Positions 10,645 to 19,144 of a stretch of 64,000 nt of DNA are shown one piece after another; within the stretch, counting starts at the first letter, position 1; each line of letters starts with the position of its first letter. Origin of the DNA: an uncultured bacterium (GTDB taxonomy: Bacteria; GCA-001730085); assembly GCA_964565945.1 (NCBI GenBank), contig CAZMGY010000021.1:44300-108299 (forward strand), given 5' to 3'. A program made the translations under genes and the position numbers. The notes under the pieces are model-generated. The model was not told where the DNA came from, searched no databases, and worked only from the letters and a program-made list of their open reading frames with translations.

Positions 10645-11933
10645 ATTCTGAGCGCTATCTTTTGCAGCCATTTATACTTCTGTTCAAGGCTAGGACCATC
10701 CCCATATCGGGGACGGTCATATCTATGTCCCATGAGTGCAGCCTGTACTTTGTCGGGCGGCTCTACTGCCGTCAGCCGATCCTCAAAACTGTGACGCAGA
10801 CTGTATAGGCTATGATCTTCACTTGGAAGTAAATTGTTATTACGCAGAAACTTATTCAGATTTCCTGATAGCTGATCAGGTTTGCGGTAATATCGCTCAA
10901 ATCCTTTTGGTAGATTTTGAAACGCATAGAGTGATGATCCCACCAATGGCATGTAGCGTTCACTGTAGGGTGTTTTAATTTCCTTGTCTTTTTCTGCATG
11001 AATATATATGTAGGGGATATCTGTATCCAGCCTAATATCTCCTGCCTTAAAATTCAGGCCAACTAGCTCAGAGGGGCGAGCACCTAAATCGGCCATAGCG
11101 AATAGAAATAACTGACACTCTCGTTCCAACCCTTTCAGGTTGTCCATGTTTAATAATACATCTCGAATATGGTTCACCTTAAAAGGTTGTCTTTTGCTCT
11201 TTATTTCTTTGAACCTTATACGGCTGAATAATTCATCGACGCTGATGTCTGCGCCGTGATTATCTTTTGCAAAGAACAGGAGTGTTCGTAGATGCGTAAA
11301 ATCCTTGTTTGGTGAATTGGGAGATAGGCTTTCTGATTCGACGCGTTCTTGCCACCATGACCGAAATGCTAATATATCGTTTCTGGTGATTTGCTCTACT
11401 GATAGGTCGCCACATATTTTAATAAAATTACTGACAGCTTTTACTTTAGGGTTTTTCCATTTTCTTAGTTGGGATTCATTTTTTCTTGTATGATTTGGTT
11501 TTTCAAACTCGATATATGAATCTAATGCTTCGCTTATAGGAAATTTAGGTTTTTCTTTTCCTCCTAGTAAGGCAGTAACGTTTTCATCGGTCTCGGGTAT
11601 ATCCGATTGTAGCGCATCTAAACGATCAATAATCTTGCTGACATCAGAACCTGCAAGCTCTGAAATAGATTTGTACGAGAAATTGAATGTTTGGGCTGTA
11701 TGAACGGCTTTGCTATATTCATAGTCCTTATCCATCGGTATATTTTTTACGATGTTATTCCAGTAATTATCTAATTCCTCTTTTAATACTGATGCACGCT
11801 GAATGGCAACAGATTCTGATGTCGTCTTCAAGCTTACCTGTATGATCTCCTGGCCATCATAATATTTCAGATACCGTTTTGGTATTCTGTGTTTAAAGTG
11901 GAACCAGCCTTTTATTTTTATAATATGGCGCAT
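10641..11933 (-). CDS. tyrosine-type site-specific integrase/recombinase
   Basis: 430 aa; C-terminal catalytic region with 'GARPSEL' (Arg), 'LYSLRHSFEDRL' (His-x-x-Arg) and 'MGHRYDRPRYG' (His/Tyr), typical of the phage integrase family. Confidence 0.8.
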   Translation of the reverse strand: MRHIIKIKGWFHFKHRIPKRYLKYYDGQEIIQVSLKTTSESVAIQRASVLKEELDNYWNNIVKNIPMDKDYEYSKAVHTAQTFNFSYKSISELAGSDVSKIIDRLDALQSDIPETDENVTALLGGKEKPKFPISEALDSYIEFEKPNHTRKNESQLRKWKNPKVKAVSNFIKICGDLSVEQITRNDILAFRSWWQERVESESLSPNSPNKDFTHLRTLLFFAKDNHGADISVDELFSRIRFKEIKSKRQPFKVNHIRDVLLNMDNLKGLERECQLFLFAMADLGARPSELVGLNFKAGDIRLDTDIPYIYIHAEKDKEIKTPYSERYMPLVGSSLYAFQNLPKGFERYYRKPDQLSGNLNKFLRNNNLLPSEDHSLYSLRHSFEDRLTAVEPPDKVQAALMGHRYDRPRYGDGPSLEQKYKWLQKIALRI

Positions 11934-12146
11934 GTGTGACGTTTTGTGTTAAAAATGTGTGATGTTTTACTGTAACCGAATTAAGTAAAAATTCAGTTTA
12001 CGTCAACAACTTATTCTGCAAGGTAAGCTCACAAAGCGTTTCAGAAGATAGCAATTGTTAATAAATAGAGGGGAAGTGGCGGAGACTGAGGGATTCGTTT
12101 GTTGTTTTTTTGCCCTGTAACATACTGTTATGAAACAATAAAAATA

Positions 12147-12506
12147 TTAGGGTAAATAATTTGTGTGTGAAACGTGTGAAAAAATGTGTGAAATATTTTC
12201 TATGTTTTTTCTGCTAGAAACTTCTGTTGATAAGTTTTTATGGCCTATGCTTTTAGCAATGTCCAGAAGCTCATGCTTCGATTTATATTCTGTTAGTTCA
12301 TTATGCAACCGTTCAAACAATGGAAGATATCTATCACCGTAAACAGCAATGATATTTGCAAGGTGGTTATAAGCTTCCTGTAATTCAGTAAACGTTATTT
12401 TTGAGCGTTTAATTCTAACTTTTGAAAAAACATTTGCCTTATTTGATGATAAGACGGGGCTGCATTGTTTCATGCACTTTTCAATATTCCAATCTAGTGT
12501 AGGCAT
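12147..12506 (-). CDS. hypothetical protein
   Basis: 119-aa ORF, adjacent to and on the same strand as the AlpA-like gene; its 3' end coincides with TGTGTGA repeats, so the C-terminus is uncertain. Confidence 0.3.
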   Translation of the reverse strand: MPTLDWNIEKCMKQCSPVLSSNKANVFSKVRIKRSKITFTELQEAYNHLANIIAVYGDRYLPLFERLHNELTEYKSKHELLDIAKSIGHKNLSTEVSSRKNIENISHIFSHVSHTNYLP

Positions 12507-12853
12507 CAGCTTGTTTCCTTGCCACTATCCTGGCGATACGTATGCGGGCTTTTGATCCATTCATGAATATCTTTGAGATAAAAAGCCTTACGCTTAGCTT
12601 TCTTGTGTGAAGATAGCATTCTTGGCCTGGGGAATGTACCGCGTGCAATGCGCCTTCTTATCTCTTGCCTTGATATACCACAGAGCCTGACTGCAAGCTT
12701 TATTGGGATTAAGGCATTAGATTGGATCATTAGCGCGGCAGTAACTTCTGCCTCGAATGTTTTCTTTAAGCTAAATGATTTAAGTAAAAGCGTTTTCATA
12801 GGTGATTCCTTTCTACGATGTGCAGCTATTGCCACATATCTGCGTTTACTCAC
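12506..12853 (-). CDS. AlpA-like HTH DNA-binding protein (possible excisionase/regulator)
   Basis: 'IKLAVRLCGISRQEIRRRIARGTFPRPRML...AFYLKDIHEWI' resembles the prophage AlpA family (MerR-like HTH); true start may be an internal Met. Confidence 0.4.
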   Translation of the reverse strand: MSKRRYVAIAAHRRKESPMKTLLLKSFSLKKTFEAEVTAALMIQSNALIPIKLAVRLCGISRQEIRRRIARGTFPRPRMLSSHKKAKRKAFYLKDIHEWIKSPHTYRQDSGKETS

Positions 12854-13035
12854 CCATCCTTAATGATTGTGACGATGCCAGAAGCCCTCACAGTCTGATC
12901 TGCCTGTGACAGAACATATCGCCATATATCCATTACACACCATAATTACTTAATATTTTATTAACAACTCCCTTAAAAGCTACAGTGACAGCCATCTTTG
13001 TTTGCTGCAAAGCCGCATTGATCTGTGCGGCGGCA

Positions 13036-13563
13036 CTAATATAAATAACAGCTACTCTCCCCATCAATGACAATGCTCATGGGCTTGGCTGTCATAGAGA
13101 TAAAATCATCTATTAGATGCCATTTAGCGCTTGTCTTCCATTCGTTAGAATTTAGCCTAAGGGAAGCTTCTTGAAAGTAATTTTGCACTGCGGCAACATT
13201 TTTGTAGCCAATCGCAAATTCCAGCAGCGTATCGCTTTTGATCTTCTCAAAATGCAAATAAAGCGCACCGTCGCGATATTGTGCATATTCGTATGGAGTG
13301 GCAAAACTATTATTGATTTTAAGGCCACAATCTAATGTTTCTGGAGCGGCGGCTTTGACTGCCTCTATCGATACATTGATCCTGATCCAAACATCTGAGA
13401 TATCGGCTAAGGGAGATCGGACGCTGTAGGATATCCATGTATGAGTTTTATTGCCTGTTTTGCTGATGCGCGCTTTGCCAATCAACTCCCCCGCCCAGGC
13501 TCCAGAGCACAGGATTAAAGCCAGGACAAAGATGATGGTATTTTTCATGGGATTTGGCCTCAT
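13036..13563 (-). CDS. hypothetical secreted protein
   Basis: 175 aa with N-terminal signal peptide 'IIFVLALILCSGAWA'. Confidence 0.45.
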   Translation of the reverse strand: MRPNPMKNTIIFVLALILCSGAWAGELIGKARISKTGNKTHTWISYSVRSPLADISDVWIRINVSIEAVKAAAPETLDCGLKINNSFATPYEYAQYRDGALYLHFEKIKSDTLLEFAIGYKNVAAVQNYFQEASLRLNSNEWKTSAKWHLIDDFISMTAKPMSIVIDGESSCYLY

Positions 13564-13800
13564 TTAGGGATCGCCATTTAATTGGGCAATATCGCCCTTG
13601 AATAATTGCCATATTTGAAGCCCGAGGGCTTTGGCAATCTTTTCAACGGTGCCAATCTCAGGGCTGACTTCTCCGTGTTCAATCGCCCCGATATGGGTGC
13701 GGTGAAGGCCAGCACTCAAAGCCAGAGCTTCCTGCAACCATCTGCGCATCGCCCGAGCCAGCCGGATTTGATCTCCAAGGGTCTGCCGATATGTTTGCAC
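13564..13800 (-). CDS. XRE-family HTH transcriptional regulator
   Basis: 78 aa; 'LSAGLHRTHIGAIEHGEVSPEIGTVEKIAKALG' is a Cro/cI-type HTH. Confidence 0.55.
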   Translation of the reverse strand: MQTYRQTLGDQIRLARAMRRWLQEALALSAGLHRTHIGAIEHGEVSPEIGTVEKIAKALGLQIWQLFKGDIAQLNGDP

Positions 13801-13818
13801 GTGGCCGCCAGCCTGCTA

Positions 13819-13879
13819 TGATTCACATATGAATCATTATTGTAACGTAAAAATACTCCATTGAGTCACATATGGGTCA
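13819..13879. promoter_or_regulatory. paired operator-like palindromes between divergent XRE regulator genes
   Basis: Site 1 TGATTCA-CATA-TGAATCA (13819-13836, perfect 7-bp arms); site 2 TGAGTCA-CATA-TGGGTCA (13862-13879). Both lie in the 85-bp gap between divergently transcribed HTH genes. Confidence 0.5.
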
Positions 13880-13885
13880 AATAAT

Positions 13886-14086
13886 ATGAGCGTTATTATT
13901 CAGCGTTTAGCCATGAATATTCGGCGAAGGAGGGGTGATATATCGCAGCGTGCCTTTGCCAGCAAGCTAGGTATATCTCAATCCACTTTGGCGCGCATAG
14001 AAAACGCTGGCCAGAACACAACGCTCTCGACATTAGAGCAGCTCATGAAATCACTGAAATGCGATATAGGCGGGTTGTTCAAATGA
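13886..14086 (+). CDS. XRE-family HTH transcriptional regulator
   Basis: 66 aa; 'ISQRAFASKLGISQSTLARIENAGQNTTLSTLEQLMKSL' is a canonical XRE HTH. Confidence 0.55.
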   Translation: MSVIIQRLAMNIRRRRGDISQRAFASKLGISQSTLARIENAGQNTTLSTLEQLMKSLKCDIGGLFK

Positions 14087-14430
14087 GGTGTATATATAGT
14101 GAAGTACGGGAGCAGTAGGCAAGGCCGGTAGTTCCCGTCATCGCTTGCCAGCCGGTAAGGTTGCACTCAGGGCATTGTGAGCAACAGCACAATAGTTCCG
14201 CTATTGGTAAGTGCTTACGATGGGCGCAAGAAGTCGGTTGTATTACAAATTTCTGCGAATTTGCCCTCCAACCGCTATCTTGAGAAGGACGTTTCCCCGT
14301 CCGTTCTATCCTCAGGAGGCGCGCTAAGCTATCGAATTATTATTCGAGAGCAAGGGCTTATATGGTGCATTACCGGCATTGAGCCGAGTGCTGCACCAGC
14401 GAACGTGTGGCCGTTCTAATCACCACTTAT

Positions 14431-14545
14431 GGGAGCCTTCAAGCTGCCCCCAAAACCCCCATGATCAGGGGAGACTTCGCTCTCCCCTAAAGCCCCATCG
14501 AGTCAGGAGCCTTCGTGCCCCTAACAACCCAGACCAACCGTACGC
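14431..14545. repeat. degenerate tandem repeat, ~35-bp unit, ~3 copies
   Basis: Adjacent units CCCCCAAAACCCCCATGATCAGGGGAGACTTCG / CCCCTAAAGCCCCATCGAGTCAGGAGCCTTCG / CCCCTAACAACCCAGACCAACCG inside a ~650-bp GC-rich ORF-poor segment. Confidence 0.45.
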
Positions 14546-14733
14546 CGTTTGGATGCCGTGAACATTTCGGTGTTCAATGCCTACCACTGTTTCGTCAGTG
14601 GAAAACGATCAACGAGCGCCCTTGGATGCAACTGAGTTATGAAACGTCATCGCCAATGATGCAATATTCGCTATTGACATAGAGTTCGTTTTCGATTCTA
14701 ATAATCTGCATCATCGTTAATGAAGGAATTATT

Positions 14734-15330
14734 TTGAAGCTCACTGATCTTGCAATTATATCCGCTGGACACCCATTCAGAGGGAAAATACTGGAAAAAT
14801 CCGGTAGCGGTATCCGTGCCGTGCAGATGAAAGACATCTCTATTGATCAGGGTGTTTGTTGGGAGAGCGTTATCGAAACGGAGCTTTCTGGCAAAAAAAA
14901 ACCTGCTTGGCTGATGAATGGGGATATCCTTTTCGCAGCCAGAGGCGCACGTAATTATGCCGTACTGGTAGATCATATTGTAGGGAAAGTCGTTAGTGCT
15001 CCTCATTTCTATATTCTCCGTGTGAACGAGCAATCGCTTTTGCCGGAATTTCTGGTCTGGCAGCTCAATCAAAAACCCCTGCAAAACTATTTCGACAGGG
15101 CAGCGCAAGGGTCGTTTACCAAGAGCATTAAACGCTCAATTTTAGAATGTGCTGAAATCACAGTACCGCCACTAGATAACCAAAAGCAAATCGTAGGCTT
15201 GCACATGACATTGATGCAAGAAAGAAAGCTCTATTCTGAATTGACCAGAAATGCGGATAAGTTAATGAATTCTATTGCCAGCAAACTTGCGGCAGGTAAA
15301 ACTCTACAGTTAAAAGGAATAAAAATATGA
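14734..15330 (+). CDS. hsdS: type I restriction-modification specificity subunit, single-TRD (half-size HsdS)
   Basis: 198 aa; one target-recognition-like region followed by an S-subunit-type conserved helix ('QKQIVGLHMTLMQERKLYSELTRNADKLMNSIA'); stop overlaps the hsdM start (ATGA). Confidence 0.55.
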   Translation: MKLTDLAIISAGHPFRGKILEKSGSGIRAVQMKDISIDQGVCWESVIETELSGKKKPAWLMNGDILFAARGARNYAVLVDHIVGKVVSAPHFYILRVNEQSLLPEFLVWQLNQKPLQNYFDRAAQGSFTKSIKRSILECAEITVPPLDNQKQIVGLHMTLMQERKLYSELTRNADKLMNSIASKLAAGKTLQLKGIKI

Positions 15331-16850
15331 ACACACCAATAAGCCAAGATGCTATCAACAAAGCCTTATGGGGGGCATGCGATACATTCCGTGGCACGGT
15401 CAGCGCTGACACATACAAAGACTTTATCCTAACCATGTTGTTCCTGAAATACATCTCTGATGTTTGGCAGGATCACTATGACAAATACAAAGAAGAGCAT
15501 GGTGACGAGCCAGAGCTTATTCATGAAATGATGAAGAATGAGCGCTTTGTTCTTCCCGATGGATCAAGCTTTTATACCCTTTATGAAAAACGCCATGAAC
15601 CCGGCAATGGTGAGCGTATCGACCAAGCTCTTCACGCATTGGAAGAGGCTAACGGCACTAAGCTTCGTGATGCATCAAAATCCGTGTTTCAGGATATCAG
15701 TTTTAACACTGATAAGCTCGGTGAAGAAAAACAAAAAAACACCATTCTTCGCCACTTGCTGGAAGATTTTGCCAAAGATGAATTAAACCTTCGCCCCAGT
15801 CGTGTTGGATCACTCGATGTGATCGGTAACGCCTACGAATATCTGATTAAGCACTTTGCCGCAGGTGGTGGGCAAAAAGCAGGAGAATTCTATACCCCGC
15901 CCGAAGTATCTGACCTGATTGCAGAATTGCTAGACCCACAAGAAGACGACACAATTTCTGATCCGGCTTGTGGTTCTGGTTCCTTGCTCATGAAATGTGG
16001 TCGTAAAATTAAAAAGCGTTTTAACAGCAAAAAATACGCACTCTACGGGCAAGAAGCTATTGGCTCTACTTGGTCTCTGGCGAAAATGAATATGTTCCTG
16101 CATGGCGAAGACAATCACAAAATAGAGTGGGGAGATACAATCAGAAACCCTAAGCTACTGAATAAGCATGGCGGCTTGATGCATTTTGATATTGTGACGG
16201 CTAATCCTCCATTCAGTCTCGATAAATGGGGGCATGATGAAGCTGATCATGATCCGTTTGGACGTTTTCGTCGTGGTATTCCTCCAAAGACCAAAGGTGA
16301 TTATGCCTTTATTTCGCATATGATCGAAACTATGGAGCCGACTACAGGGCGTATGGGCGTTGTTGTTCCGCATGGTGTTTTGTTTCGTGGTAGCTCAGAA
16401 GGAAAAATCCGCAAACAATTGATAGAAGAAAATTTGCTTGATACGGTGATAGGACTTCCTGAAAAGCTCTTTTACGGTACAGGGATACCGGCGGCGATTC
16501 TGATCTTTAAGAAAAATAAGGCGGATAGCAATGTCCTGTTCATTGATGCCAGCCGTGAATGTAAGACGGGTAAAAACCAAAACCTACTCACGCTTGATAA
16601 TATTAAAAAAATAGTCAAGACATATAAGGTGCGTAAAAGCTTTGATAAATATTCGTATTTGGCCAATTTTGAGGAGATTGAGGAAAACGACTTTAACCTT
16701 AATATCCCGCGTTATGTCGATACTTTTGAAGAGGAAGAAGAAATTGACCTATTGGCAGTGCGTAAAGAGCGTGAAGAACTAAAAACTCAACTCGTCGAAC
16801 TGGAAACGGAAATGGATGGTTATCTCAAGGAGCTGGGTTATGGTTCCTGA
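15327..16850 (+). CDS. hsdM: type I restriction-modification DNA methyltransferase subunit M
   Basis: 507 aa; 'YTPPEVSDLIAELL', 'DPACGSGSLL' (AdoMet motif I) and 'IVTANPPFS' (NPPF motif IV) of N6-adenine MTases. Confidence 0.92.
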   Translation: MNTPISQDAINKALWGACDTFRGTVSADTYKDFILTMLFLKYISDVWQDHYDKYKEEHGDEPELIHEMMKNERFVLPDGSSFYTLYEKRHEPGNGERIDQALHALEEANGTKLRDASKSVFQDISFNTDKLGEEKQKNTILRHLLEDFAKDELNLRPSRVGSLDVIGNAYEYLIKHFAAGGGQKAGEFYTPPEVSDLIAELLDPQEDDTISDPACGSGSLLMKCGRKIKKRFNSKKYALYGQEAIGSTWSLAKMNMFLHGEDNHKIEWGDTIRNPKLLNKHGGLMHFDIVTANPPFSLDKWGHDEADHDPFGRFRRGIPPKTKGDYAFISHMIETMEPTTGRMGVVVPHGVLFRGSSEGKIRKQLIEENLLDTVIGLPEKLFYGTGIPAAILIFKKNKADSNVLFIDASRECKTGKNQNLLTLDNIKKIVKTYKVRKSFDKYSYLANFEEIEENDFNLNIPRYVDTFEEEEEIDLLAVRKEREELKTQLVELETEMDGYLKELGYGS

Positions 16851-18075
16851 TGGGTGGAAAGAAGAAAATCTTGGAACTCTTTTTGAGTTTAAAAATGGCG
16901 CTAATACTGAGGCAGCCAATTACGGTTCTGGAATTAAGTTTGTTAATGTGATGGACGTGTTTGGTAATCACTTTATTACTAGCGAGAAAATTCGTGAAAG
17001 AGTTAATCTGCCTGAAAAAAAGATTAATTTATATTTGTTAAAAATGGGCGACGTATTATTTAATAGAACGTCAGAGGTTTTCGACGAAATTGCTCTAACT
17101 GCTGTTTATATGGATACTTCACCAGCAATATTTGGTGGCTTCGTTATTAGGGGGCGACCTAAGGCTAACGAACTTGACTTTAAATTTTGTATTTATTGTT
17201 TTTCATCTTATAGAGTCCGTAAGGAATCTATAAGAAGAGGGCAAGGGGTAATACGATCGAACATTGGTCAAAAAGACCTACAGTATGTTCCGTTGTTAGT
17301 TCCTCCTATTATAGAACAAAAGAAAATAGCCAAAATATTATTGACTTGGGATCGAGCGATTGAGGTAACAGAAAAACTAATCAGCAATAGTCAGCAACAA
17401 AAAAAGTCCCTCATGCAACAACTCATCACTGGCAAAAAACGCCTTCTGGGATTTAGTGATGAATGGGAAAAGATTCGATTAAAGCCTCTTTTAGAGGAGG
17501 GAAAGGCTAGAAATAAAGATAGTTCAATACAACGAGTATTAAGTGTTACTAATCATAGCGGTTTTGTATTACCAGAAGATCAATTTTCAAAACGTGTGGC
17601 GAGCAGTAATGTCAGTAACTATAAAATAGTTAAACGTGGAGAATTTGCATATAACCCATCTCGTATAAACGTTGGTTCATTTGCGCGTCTTGATGATTAT
17701 GATGAGGGTATTCTTAGCCCAATGTATGTTGTTTTCAGTGTTAAGAAAGATTCGCTATTTAGTGACTTTTTCTTTCAGTGGATGTCATCACATCACGCAA
17801 AACAACGTATTCTTTCAAGTACGCAGGGATCGGTAAGAGATTCAGTCAGTTTTCAAGCACTTTGTGCGTTCCCGTTTTTGCTTCCATCACTAAAAGAACA
17901 ACGAAAAATTGCGTCAGTTCTTTTATCTGCGGATAAAGAAATTGAAACTCTTCAACAAAAACTCGAATACCTCAGCCAAGAAAAAAAGGCGCTGATGCAA
18001 CAACTCCTCACTGGCAAACGCCGTGTGAAAATTGATGAAGATGGTATTTCTCAGAAGGAGGTTGTGCGTGCCTGA
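16840..18075 (+). CDS. hsdS: type I restriction-modification specificity subunit S (two TRDs)
   Basis: Two variable regions, each followed by a conserved repeat ('QKKSLMQQLITGKKRLLGF' and 'EKKALMQQLLTGKRRV'); start overlaps the hsdM 3' end. Confidence 0.85.
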   Translation: MVPDGWKEENLGTLFEFKNGANTEAANYGSGIKFVNVMDVFGNHFITSEKIRERVNLPEKKINLYLLKMGDVLFNRTSEVFDEIALTAVYMDTSPAIFGGFVIRGRPKANELDFKFCIYCFSSYRVRKESIRRGQGVIRSNIGQKDLQYVPLLVPPIIEQKKIAKILLTWDRAIEVTEKLISNSQQQKKSLMQQLITGKKRLLGFSDEWEKIRLKPLLEEGKARNKDSSIQRVLSVTNHSGFVLPEDQFSKRVASSNVSNYKIVKRGEFAYNPSRINVGSFARLDDYDEGILSPMYVVFSVKKDSLFSDFFFQWMSSHHAKQRILSSTQGSVRDSVSFQALCAFPFLLPSLKEQRKIASVLLSADKEIETLQQKLEYLSQEKKALMQQLLTGKRRVKIDEDGISQKEVVRA

Positions 18076-19144
18076 TATTATTTCATTTGAAGCCGCTATT
18101 GCGGAGTCAGAACAATATAAAAAACGTCATTTATTGCTAGGCAATGGTTTTAGTATTGGCTGTCGAGCTGACATATTTCATTATGAGTCTCTTTTTGGGG
18201 AAGCTGATTTTTCGGCAATTCCTGAGGCTAAACAGGTTTTTGAATCTTTACAGACACAGGATTTTGAAGTTGCAATTCGCGCACTTGAGAATGGTTCAAA
18301 AATTCTACCTATCTATGTGCCCAATGATGACGCAAGCGTTCAGGCAATGAGTAATCATGCTATTGCGCTTAAAGATTTGTTAGTTGCCACAATTGCTGGC
18401 AACCATCCTCCTAATCCTAATGCAATAGATGATCCAGAGTTTTGGGCTTGCCGACAGTTTTTAAGTTATTTCCTCGCTTCGGATAAGGGAGGACATGTCT
18501 TCACTCTAAACTATGACTTATTACTGTATTGGGCATTGATGCATGATGACAATCCATTTGATGAGGAAGTGGTGGAGCTGAACAAGAATGATGGGTTCGG
18601 AAATGATGAAGATGATCCAGAAGCGGATTATGTTCTCTGGCAAGGTGAGACCTCCGCGCATAGTGCAAATATACTTTTTCTGCACGGTGCACTTCATCTA
18701 TTTGACTCGGGTGCAGAGCTACAGAAATATACTTGGGTTCGTAAGGGTGAACCATTGGTGGATCAAGCGCGCACTGCAATAGCTGCGAATAAATTCCCTC
18801 TTTTTGTCGCGGAAGGAACAAGTACACAAAAGAAAAACAAAATTCGCCATAACGCATATCTTTACCAGTGTTTTAAGGTTCTGACAGCCAACGCACAGAC
18901 TGGCACGCACTGTTTTTTCATATTTGGACATTCGTTAGCTGATAGTGATGACCACATCCTAAAACGTCTTGGTAAAGGCCGTTTTAAGAAATTATATGTA
19001 GGTATTTTTGGTGATGCGGATACGCCAGAAAATAGGAATGTGATTGCACGCGCAAATGCTATCGCAGCACTTAGACATGATAGGTATCCTCTTGAGGTGG
19101 TGTTTTTCGATTCCTCATCCGCTAATGTTTGGGGGAATGATTAA
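18068..19144 (+). CDS. DUF4917 / SIR2-like domain protein embedded in the type I R-M operon
   Basis: Gly-rich 'LLLGNGFSIG', 'LFLHGALHLFD' and 'IFGHSLADSDDHIL' resemble the SIR2-like/DUF4917 arrangement (from memory, not searched). AGGAGG RBS and GTG at 18068; the track ORF starts at 18032. Overlaps hsdS and hsdR stops/starts. Confidence 0.6.
   Translation: MPDIISFEAAIAESEQYKKRHLLLGNGFSIGCRADIFHYESLFGEADFSAIPEAKQVFESLQTQDFEVAIRALENGSKILPIYVPNDDASVQAMSNHAIALKDLLVATIAGNHPPNPNAIDDPEFWACRQFLSYFLASDKGGHVFTLNYDLLLYWALMHDDNPFDEEVVELNKNDGFGNDEDDPEADYVLWQGETSAHSANILFLHGALHLFDSGAELQKYTWVRKGEPLVDQARTAIAANKFPLFVAEGTSTQKKNKIRHNAYLYQCFKVLTANAQTGTHCFFIFGHSLADSDDHILKRLGKGRFKKLYVGIFGDADTPENRNVIARANAIAALRHDRYPLEVVFFDSSSANVWGND

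Noticed and set aside
14380-14420. Group II intron domain V-like hairpin (GAGCCGAGTGCTGC...GGCCGTTC)
   Set aside because: Only the AGC-containing 5' arm resembles the consensus; the 3' arm does not pair cleanly, there is no GUGYG 5' end, and no RT/maturase ORF is nearby.
14431-14545. Possible CRISPR array in the repeat-rich segment
   Set aside because: Repeat units are directly adjacent and degenerate with no unique spacers, and there are no cas genes in the window; treated as a simple tandem repeat.
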